The translations under genes and the position numbers were made by a program. DNA of 64,000 nucleotides, taken from NCBI GenBank assembly GCA_030390025.1, contig CM059437.1, forward strand, positions 80,352,001 through 80,416,000. The letters are read 5' to 3'. Origin of the DNA: Squalus acanthias (Eukaryota). The notes under the pieces are model-generated. The model did not search any database. It worked only from the letters and a program-made list of their open reading frames with translations, and was not told the origin of the DNA. This document shows positions 39,548-49,245 of this stretch, piece by piece (positions within the stretch are counted from its first letter, which is position 1; every line of letters begins with the position of its first letter).

Positions 39548-41226
39548 CTAGGCTTCAATTAAGATTGGTCACTTGGGTCAAGTAATGGAGGGTGGTAATG
39601 CCAGTGGAAACACACCACAAGGTGAGTTAGTACCTCGGGGGGGAGGGCGGGAGGGGAGGGGGCAGAGGGAGCAAACTGGGAAAGATCATTTTCACAAAAA
39701 AAATCCAGGCTGCACGAGTTCAAATTGCGAAAGTATTCCGCTTTCCCTTCTCCAAACTAGGGAAAGTAAGGGGGAGGGGGAGTCACATACAACAAAGCAG
39801 AGAAATAAATGGGCCTTTTAAATGCTGGATGCACATATTCCAGTGCTGCAAAAACAGTCAAGTGTGAAATCTAATTCCCATCCCCGCCCTACATAAAAAT
39901 AATTAAATTGAGCAAGAGCAGAGCAACAATGCATTATTCAATTTTATTTTTCAATTCGTTTCATTAGAATCTTCACTTATCAGGTAGTTACAATCAGTGA
40001 AATTGAGCATGTAAGATTTGGTCCCTTTGTTGGCCAGCCTCCAGGAGTGCATCTAAACTTAATACCTCACACTCTTCATCTTTTTCCTAAAAAACAAAGA
40101 TGGGTTTGCCTCTCACTTCAACATATGCCTTGACTGCTTTCATACAGTATCATAAGGACTTCAAAAGAAGCACCAAACTCTAAGGATTTAAAACACAACC
40201 AGGAACCCTTCCAACAGAAACCACAAGCAGTGGCTTTACTTCAGGGAGACATGGTCTGTTTTACTGCGTGATATTATGCGTGGGGGGGTTTTTTGTCGTT
40301 GTTTCCCTTCCTTCTGTGCTGGAAAGTTATTTGAAATTGCAATCTGCCGAGGGTCACTCCTGAGAATCAGATGTACACTGTAGTTAAGCACAACTGGGAG
40401 ATTTTAAGTGACAGGGCAGAGTTTGAATATCTGCCGCAGCCTCCGGGCTTGTCCCTTTCACCTACTGGAGCGTGCTGACAAACTGTGAGCAACTGCTGCA
40501 CGACTGCCCGAGTTCCATCCACCGAACACAGCATGAGCCCTGTATGAAGACGATCGCTCTCAATGGCTAGCCAAGCATGAGACCCTGATCTGTCTCTCTC
40601 TCTCTCTCTCTCTCTGCCCCCTCTCAGAATATGTGCAATCCATTCACTTTCCGAGCTATTGCCTTGAATGGCAACAAAATGGAAATACACCACGTCCTTA
40701 AACAATCAAAGAGTCAAGAATTGGGCCTTTCGTTTTATCTGAGTTTTTTTTCCTTTTAACAAATAAACCGGTTGTTCCAGCTGCATATTCTGAGCTGATT
40801 GGATACCAACAGCCTACAGAAACTGGTCTTTCTACTTGGCTGCTTCTGAAAGAGGCCCTGCCCTCCCTACCCTTCCTTTCCCATCTCAGGCAAGCTGAGG
40901 CTGAATGGGAAAATATAACCCAGGGTCAATTGTGGCAGGAAAAGGGGAAAAAAAAAGTCCTTTCTTTCCCCCCTTCAAATCACACAATACCTCAAATCAC
41001 CAACTTGCCTGATGGAATTTAGCTGTTTAAGAGACTGCGACAGCCATTTCTTTCTCTAGAAATGCAATCACCACAAAGCACTCACAACAAAGGCATGATC
41101 TTTGCTGCTCTGTGCATTTTCGAGTTCTATAAGTTTATAATCATCACACAGCTCAAGTGGCTTTGTTTCTCTCTTTGTCGCCCCCATTTTAAAATTACTA
41201 CTTGACTCTCAATGTCCATTCCAATA

Positions 41227-41469
41227 CAGGGTTGCCAACTCTGGTTGGAGGTATTCCTGGAGGTTCCATCACATGACCTCACACCTTCAACGGCCCCGCC
41301 CAGTCAAACAGCCTCTTTTCCCCATCTCCAATATTTTTATAACTAATAAAGACACAATTAGTTTTAATGCCCCTATGATTTTTCTGCTGGGTTGCTCGTA
41401 GCAGTGTCCAGGAGATTATTTTTTAATTCCTGGAGACTCCAGGATAATCCTGGAGCTTTGGCGACCCTA
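41227..41469. mobile_element. Second copy of the hAT-type MITE, in the opposite orientation
   Basis: Ends are CAGGGTTGCCAAC and TTTGGCGACCCTA; TSD TTCCAATA/CTCCAATA (7/8); the interior is the reverse complement of 33105-33180 and 33340-33410. Confidence 0.8.
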
Positions 41470-43204
41470 CTCCAATACCCTGCCCCACTTTCCGATCTGT
41501 AGGATGGGTTCAAGGTTGGTATGCCCCCTGATGTCGGGGACTTGGCTGCGTGCTGAGCTTTCTCTCCTCCCGCTTCTTTTCTAACTGTTGGACTCAGTTC
41601 CTGATCTCTCCCAACTCAACAAAGGCCTGGGACTAGGTCACACGTTACCCCGTCACCCCAATTTGGAATCAGTGCGTGGCACCTCAGATCGATGGTTTTA
41701 AATAGACAACGGTCCTTACTCGTAGCCAGAGCTATCAACCGAGGAGATTCTCTTAGTTCCATAAACATTTCCGAGTCTCCACTAACACTCTGACACCCCC
41801 AGGTGAGAGGAGATATCCAATGTCTTATGTGGTTCCCTGCAAGTAAGCAGCACACTCATGGGAGAATGGGGAGTGGAACAGGGGGCTTTACACACTGACG
41901 TAAGAAAACTACTAGGCACTTGGTCTAAGCGTTAAACAAAGCTTTAATCAACTGTTTTACAACATGAAGGTCTAGTTGTGTCCTTCACTTGTTCCTGTTA
42001 AGAATGTCCCGCGCAAGCTGGGCCCGTGCCCGAGTATTTATACTCTCCCTGGACAGCGCCACCAGCAGGCCGCCCAGTATTATTTCATAAGTCATTTCCA
42101 CATGAATGACAAGACTCATGTCACACACCACAGAAGTAACTCTTGTACAGGGTTCTGGCATTGATCAGGTTCTAGGGTGCACACTCAGAATCAGGAAAAA
42201 CAGAGTATGAAAGAAAATGGAGAGGGAGGCAAGTGAAAGATGTCCTGATTGCTGCATTGTAATTGAACTGCCCAGCGTGGTATTGAAGCATACAGACCCA
42301 GACGCTCCCTGGTCTGCACGGAGTTCGGTGATCTCAGCCAGGTGAGCAGCAGGGGGTCACTACAACTGTTTCCATTGGCTCTGGGGTTCCTATTCCCGGT
42401 CGTGATCCAAAGTGTCCTCTGGAAAATATTTCTGTGTGGAGATTGGGTGAGGACAGGATTGAGATGGCTGTGATGGTCCCCACATTCAAAGAGCCTGCTG
42501 ACATTTACTGCCTAGGCTCACACATGAAGAATGCCCACTTGGCATTCTCAGGACCAGTCAGTACCTTCAGGAGATGGGGTGGGGGGGGGGGGGGAAGAAA
42601 TGAACTCCACGCCTTGTTCCCACACATTTGCTGTCAAAGCAACAAAATAGAACATGTGACAAGTGCTGCCTGCTAAGAATTTACATCTTTAAGGATTTTT
42701 TTTCGACACCAAGCCGCACATTATTCCCTGCCACAGATAAGAGAGTTACCTGCTCTAAGTAAACGTTTTAATTCTTTTACCAAGGAAGCCAACCCTGTGT
42801 GAGAGATGTCACATTTGGGAACACCTTGAAGGAGTCACCATCAGACTGTGCTGGCATGAGCCTAGCCTGGAATCAGTAACATAACATAAACCTTCCCACG
42901 CGGCAGTAGGAAAGTGGTGCAGTGAAGGTGATGCCAGAAACATGCCTGATGTGAGCGGCGCAACACACAAAGCTTTTTACACCAGTTGCCGAATATCAAA
43001 TAGGGCAGAGAACACACAACTGATGGACACACCAAGCAGCTCTAATGGAAGCAAACTTTAAAAAAAATCATTCCATCCACCAGCCTGTCAAATAAAATAT
43101 ACCAGAGTGCCAACAGACATAAATGACCGAATATACAGAAAGAGATGTAGATTTTTAACAGGTTAACGCCAACATTAAGATAACACCGATTGGAAAATCC
43201 AGGC

Positions 43205-43850
43205 TAGACAGATACACAGAGAGAGAGAGACAGATACAGAGAGACAGACACACATAGGCAAACAAAGACAGACAGACACAGTTAGACAGATACAGAGAGA
43301 TGGAGAGAGAGACAGGCACAGATAGGCAAACAAAGACAGACAGATAGATAGACACAGATAGATGGACATAGATAAATGGACATAAATAAACAGACACAGT
43401 TAGACGAACAAAGATAGACAGACACATAGATCGACACAAATAGACAGACAAATACAGGCAGTCAGATACAGGTAGTCGATCATAGGCAGATAGACACATA
43501 TATACAGGCCAAGGCGGATGGACACAGAGAGACAGGCGTAGACAGATGAACAAAGAAAGATGGACAGATGAACAAAGACAGATGGGCACAAATAGACGGA
43601 CAGAGACAGTCGCAGACACAGATGCAGACAGACCCAAACAGACACATGCAGAAAGACAAATGAAGACAGACTGATACAAACAGAAGGACACAGATACACA
43701 GACAAACACAAACACGCAGGTGCAAATAGATGGATAAGGTGGACACAGATAGATAGAAACAGATAAAAAAACACAGACAGACAGACGGATGCAGCAAGAC
43801 AGACACAGAACAACAGACACAGGCAGATGGACAGGCACACTAGTGCAGAC
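43205..43850. repeat. Low-complexity (GACA/GATA)-rich tract
   Basis: Degenerate tetranucleotide repeats; these explain the Cys/Val/Leu-rich spurious ORFs. Confidence 0.9.
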
Positions 43851-44189
43851 ACAAACCATTATCCAATGTATCATATTCAGAGTTTTGTAGAGTTGGCAAT
43901 AACTGCACCAAACAAATCCAACATTAATATTTGTACTCAGCAATTATTCATCACTAGTTTAAAAGCAGAAACACGACTGTAATGGTATTCTGAACATGCT
44001 AGTCACAGATACTATAAACATACAACAATGAACAGAACAGTTGATTGCAGTGAGAGAGTTTTTCTAACTGAGTTATGAGACTCAGGCACTGATCGTGTTT
44101 GTAGCATTTCATCTGTTAAAATTAGCAGCTACTCCAGCATATATTTGTGTTCAGACAGTTCCTTTTAATCCACTCCAATTATTTTCCAT

Positions 44190-45228
44190 CCTCTCCTGAA
44201 AGCAATGAATCTCCCTGTGTCCTCTCCTGAAAGCACTGGGATCTCTCCTCTCCTGAAGGCACTGACTCTCACTGGGATCTCTCCTCTCCTGAAGGCACTG
44301 ACTCTCACTGGGATCTCTCCTCTCCTGAAGGCACTGACTCTCACTGGGATCTCACCTCTTCTGAAGGCACTGACTCTCACTGGGATCTCTCCTCTCCTGA
44401 AGGCACTGACTCTCACTGGATCTCTCCTCTCCTGAAGGCACTGACTCTCACTGGGATCTCTCCTCTCCTGAAGGCACTGACTCTCACTGGGATCTCTCCT
44501 CTTCTGAAGGCACTGACTCTCACTGGGATCTCTCCTCTCCTGAAGGCACTGACTCTCACTGGGATCTCTCCTCTCCTGAAGGCACTGACTCTCACTGGGA
44601 TCTCTCCTCTCCTGAAGGCACTGACTCTCACTGGGATCTCTCCTCTCTGAAGGCACTGACTCTCACTGGGATCTCTCCTCTCCTGAAGCACTGACTCTCA
44701 CTGGGATCTCTCCTCTCCTGAAGGCACTGACTCTCACTGGGATCTCTCCTCTCCTGAAGGCACTGACTCTCACTGGGATCGCTCCTCTCCTGAAGGCACT
44801 GACTCTCACTGGGATCGCTCCTCTCCTGAAGGCACTGACTCTCACTGGGATCGCTCCTCTCCTGAAGGCACTGACTCTCACTGGGATCGCTCCTCTCCTG
44901 AAGGCACTGACTCTCACTGGGATCTCTCCTCTCCTGAAGGCACTGACTCTCACTGGGATCTCTCCTCTCCTGAAGGCACTGACTCTCACTGGGATCGCGC
45001 CTCTCCTGAAGGCACTGACTCTCACTGGGATCTCTCCTCTCCTGAAGGCACTGACTCTCACTGGGATCTCTCCTCTCCTGAAGGCACTGACTCTCACTGG
45101 GATCGCGCCTCTCCTGAAGGCACTGACTCTCACTGGGATCTCTCCTCTCCTGAAGGCACTGACTCTCACTGGGATCTCTCCTCTCCTGAAGGCACTGACT
45201 CTCACTGGGATCGCTCCTCTCCTGAAGG
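44190..45228. repeat. 36-bp minisatellite (ATCTCTCCTCTCCTGAAGGCACTGACTCTCACTGGG)n, about 28 units
   Basis: Directly visible; 12-aa periodicity in the spurious ORFs. Confidence 0.97.
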
Positions 45229-45575
45229 TGCTGCCTCTTGGTTCTACAGGTGCCAGCCACCCTCCACTACTTTGCCCAAATGATCATGTTTCCTGTTGGA
45301 GCTCAATGAATGTCGGCAGGCTATTTGACCATGTGGTATCATAAACCAGTCCTCCATCAACCACCCCACATACACACTTTCCACCAGGGGTCATCGGATA
45401 GTGATCAAGAGCAAGAACCCTCACTAACCTAAAGAGCTGAGGCCAACTGTAACACCCGTACCACCACTCTGGCTGAGGTTTGTTAACTCAGTACAGACCA
45501 GGGATGGAATCTGAGATCTTCCTGACATGGAAGACTTAGTACCATACCAGCTAGTATAGCTGTCCATTGAACCAT
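45215..45575 (-). mobile_element. SINE-A copy whose tail runs into the 36-bp minisatellite
   Basis: Reverse-complement SINE-A blocks (TGTCGGCAGGCTATTTGACCA, CAGGGGTCATCGGATAG, TGAGGCCAACTGTA, AACTCAGTACAGACCAGGGAT). Further copies lie at about 9340-9590 (-), 17880-18200 (-), 23020-23230 (-), 27410-27795 (-), 31820-32015 (+), 34455-34830 (-), 42265-42580 (+) and 46805-47160 (-). Confidence 0.72.
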
Positions 45576-45948
45576 TTGGAAAAGCCAAAACTTTGTTTTC
45601 CAGCAGTTTTAATTTTCCTTGCTTCTGTTTACAAGTTAATGTGACCTCAATCGCTGAATCCTTCCACATATCCAGGAAAGTGGAGGCAGTTCCAGCTATG
45701 CACTGACATTAAACTTATGAAGTATAAATAGGGTGTCAAGGTCCACAGCTAACTCCAGAGTGAAGCAGAGTGAGACTACCTCCTCCACAGAGTCTCACGC
45801 CACTTTGTACAGGTGTCAGGTTGGGCCCAGAGTCCAGTTTCAGACTGCATTTATGTAGTAACTACAGTGTCCGTGTGAAGCAAAACCACTTACATAGCTG
45901 TTAGATAAAGTACAAATATTAGGTCATAATCAGCAAAGAAATAGTCCG

Positions 45949-46168
45949 TGACAGGACTGACAGTGTCTGTAACAGGACTGACTGTATCCGTAACATGACT
46001 GACAAGTGTTCATGACATGACTGACAGTGTCTGTAAGAGGGCTGTCTGTATCCGTAACATGACAGTGTCCATGATAGGACTGACAGTGTCTGTAAGAGGG
46101 CTGACTGTATTCGTAATATGACTGACAGTGTCTTTAACAGGACTGACTGTGTCTGTGATAGCACTGAC
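45949..46168. repeat. Degenerate tandem repeat built on GACTGACAGTGTCTGTAA
   Basis: The motif recurs several times with variable spacers. Confidence 0.7.
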
Positions 46169-47189
46169 AAGCCTAGATTTTCCAATAATTGTTATTTTAA
46201 CGTCAGCGGTAAGTTAATTAAAATAAATGGGTTCCAGCAGGTGTTAAAATAATGTTGACCAGAAAATCTAGGCCACAGTGTCCTTAACTGGACAGTAATC
46301 TGGTGTTGCCAACCAGCCACCCATTTATAGAAACCACCCGATTGTCGTTCCCTTGAAATCAAGGCGAGGAAAATCGGGCAGGTTTCGCAACGGGCCGGTG
46401 ATCCGCTCCGCCAGATTACCACCCAGACAGAGAAGTTGAAAATGACCCCCAGATTGACAGAGGAGTGACAGAGTCTGCAACAGGGCTGACTGTGCTTGTG
46501 GCAGGACTACCTGTCCCCACGACAGGCGGGCACAATATAAGTGACATTCCTCACTCCTAAACACATTAACGATGTCACACTTACCCGTGTATACCATTCA
46601 TGAGCAAATGAGACCTGGTGATGTCCTCACTGTTGCACTCATACACTGCTGACATGGTGGAGTACAAATGACCAACGTCTCAAAATAGTCATTGAAACCG
46701 AGTGTGACAGCAGTGAATCACACTTGCCGTGCTCTCAGAAACACAGTTCACTGTTTTTTTTCCTCCAATCTAATAAATGGCACGTGACTGATTTTGTTTC
46801 CCCCCGAAATTTCTCTCCACCTCTCCTTATGGCGCTGAATTTTGCTGGGCTGGTTTAACGCCTTTCCAGCACCTCACCCAAATGGCTGTTCTTCATATGT
46901 TGGTGAGTTTCAGCAGGCTATTTGACTGCAGGGGTAGGAGACACGGAAGGTTTCACTGATGATCTTCTCCTCATCACATATACATTTTCCAGCAGGGATT
47001 ACTGGACTGCGGTCAGGAGCAAGTGCCCTGGCCCAGTGATGCTGAGGCCAATTGTAGGCCCTTACCAACCCAGCTACCTCAACACCGAGGGGATAAAACC
47101 TGGGACCCTCTTGGTCCGTACAGCTCAGCTAGCTCCCAGAATGAACTCACCGAGCCTTCGGGAAGTCTTTTAAAGCCATGTTTAATCTC

Positions 47190-47400
47190 GAGGTTATAGT
47201 CCAACAGTTTTATTTGAAATCACAAGCTTTCGGAGCTATCGATCGCCCCTTCCTCAGGTGAAGTAAAAAACTTCACCTGAGGAAGGGGCGATCGATAGCT
47301 CCGAAAGCTTGTGATTTCAAATAGAACTGTTGGACTATAACCTGGTGTTGTGCGACTTCTCATTTTTGTCCACCCCAGTCCAACACCGGCATCTCCGCAT
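47190..47400 (+). mobile_element. Penelope-like non-autonomous element with inverted pseudo-LTR, 13-bp TSD and hammerhead motifs
   Basis: CATGTTTAATCTC at 47177-47189 and 47401-47413; 74-bp inverted arms at 47191-47264 and 47270-47343; core CTGAGGA...GAAA. Confidence 0.8.
47273..47314 (+). ncRNA. Minimal type-I hammerhead ribozyme motif (mirror copy on the minus strand at 47220-47261; third copy at 13890-13925 +)
   Basis: TCAC-CTGAGGA-A-GGGGC[GATCGATA]GCTCC-GAAA-GCTT-GTGA: stem I TCAC/GTGA, core CUGANGA and GAAA, 5-bp stem II, palindromic AGCU stem III. Confidence 0.6.
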
Positions 47401-48252
47401 CATGTTTAATCTCAACACATTAAACTCTTCAAACAATTGCCAACAGCCCCCATCCCATCCCACTGTCTCTATCAACCCTTAAACCCTTGCATGATTCTTG
47501 GCCTCCCAGGGCATAGATTGCAACAGGTGGAGATTATTATATTTTTGAACCGGGGTTTCATTTTTTTCGATACGTTAAGAATGCATTGGTTTCAAAATAA
47601 TTCCAAATAAAGCACTAATTTAATTGCTCTGTAATAAGCGAGCTATTTATGGCGGGAGTAATTAACACCTTCACTGCAGCCTTCCTCAGCTGAGACTGAA
47701 ACAAGATATCCAGCCCAGGAATACAGTCCTGACAGAGGTGTCCTTATCAGCCCCGAGTCACCAATATAGCAGTGGTGTTGAGAATGACATTTAAAATCCT
47801 ACTTAACCTACCACACCTGCTTTAAGTTTGGAAAAAAAAATCTATAGATTAAGAAAATAGAATTTAAAGAAAAGAGCCCCCCTACTTTTGCCAGATGTGC
47901 TATTTTGCATTAGTTACAGGTGATGGGCGGCAGTATTAGGGGCTCTGATCATCGATCTCCCATCCGCAAAGCAACTTGATCCCTGTTTTCCGGACGGTGT
48001 GCAGTTAGGATTAGAAGTGTCAGGATCGCGTGGTCTGGTGGCACAGGGTCTAAGTGCACCAAGGCATCGCACTGCCGGCCAGCAGGGCACGGGTTGCCCT
48101 TTAACCCCAAGCAGTTCCTGTCGCTGGCAGCTCTTACTCTCACTTAGACCAAGCATTGAGGAGAAACATCCCAAGAGGGGGGGGGAATCAACAATATTTT
48201 TTTTGATTAAAAATCCAAGCGTAGGTCAGCTTCCTGTAAAAGAAACGGTGAG

Positions 48253-48520
48253 GTGATCGAATCAGAGTTCTGGCAAAAGAACCAGAGGGGAGATGAGGAG
48301 GATTTATTTACGCAGCGAGTTGTTATGATCTGGATTGCACAGCCTGAAAGGGCGGTGGAAGCAGATTCAATAGTAACTTTCAAAAGGGAATTGGATAAAT
48401 ACTTGAAAAGGAAACATTTGCAGGACTATGGAGAAAGAGCAGGGGGAGTGAGATTAATTGGAGAGCTCTTTCAAAGATGGGCTTCCTTCTGTGCTGTAAG
48501 ATTCGGTGACTCTATGATTT
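48253..48520 (+). mobile_element. CR1 3' end fragment
   Basis: FTQRVVMIW..PERAVEADSIVTFKRELDKYL; close match to 21550-21790. Confidence 0.85.
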
Positions 48521-48568
48521 ACGGTTACAAGGAAAACTGATGTTACTGATCCAGGTAAAGAGTTCACA

Positions 48569-49006
48569 AAAGAAGAAGACTTGCATTTATATAGCGCCTT
48601 TTACGACCACCGGACGTCCCAAAGTACTTCACAGCCAATGAAGTACTTTTTGAAGTGTAGTCACTGTTGTAGGAAAGGCGGCAGCCAAATTGCGCACAGC
48701 AAGCTCCCACAAACAGCAATGTGATAATGACCAGAATCTGTTTCAGTGATGTTGATTGAAGGATAAATATTGGCCAGGACACTGGGGATAACTCCCCTGC
48801 TCTTCGTTGAAATAGTGCCCTGGGATCTTTTACGTCCACCTGAGGGGCAGACGGGGCCTCGGTTTAAGGTCACATCTGAAAGACGGCACCTCGGACAATG
48901 CAGCGCTCCCTCAGCACTGCACTGGAGTGTCAGCCTAGATTTATGTGCTCAACCACAACCTTCTGACTCAGAGGCGAGAGTGCTACGAACTGAGCCTCAG
49001 CTGACA
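48569..49006 (-). mobile_element. DeuSINE copy, near full length
   Basis: Colinear with 15250-15682. Tail-only fragments also occur at 190-300 (-) and 15825-15920 (+). Confidence 0.85.
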
Positions 49007-49009
49007 CTT

Positions 49010-49245
49010 GTAAAAAAATGAGCAAGTTAGGAGTAAGCAGAAAATTCCCACAAAACTTTTTTCACACATAGGTTAATAGAGTTGTAGAATTAATTATCAC
49101 TGAAGGGCACTAAAGAAGATAGTATAAATAGCTGGATGTGTTTCCAGAAAGAAAAGGGATTAAGGAACATGGTGAAAAGTGTGTAGGTGGGTTGATCTAT
49201 AAAAAATGGGATGGGCCTGTTGAGATTTCCCTGTTCCTAATAATT
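49010..49245 (+). mobile_element. Old CR1 3' end fragment
   Basis: Degenerate AACTTTTTTCACACATAGGTT...GGGATTAAGGAACATGG...GATGGGCC. Confidence 0.5.

Noticed and set aside
41828-42132. Possible solo LTR (TGTGGT...ACCACA with minus-strand TATAAA and ATTAAA) and a CTCF-like motif near 42054
   Set aside because: There is no matching TSD, PBS or PPT, and the CTCF-like motif has two core mismatches.
43155-43943. Cys/Val/Leu-rich ORFs here, and Ser/Leu/Phe-rich ORFs at 5196-5701
   Set aside because: They are translations of low-complexity GACA/GATA and CT tracts.
44190-45228. 36-bp repeat as a CRISPR array
   Set aside because: The units are head-to-tail with no unique spacers, there are no cas genes, and the context is a vertebrate intron.
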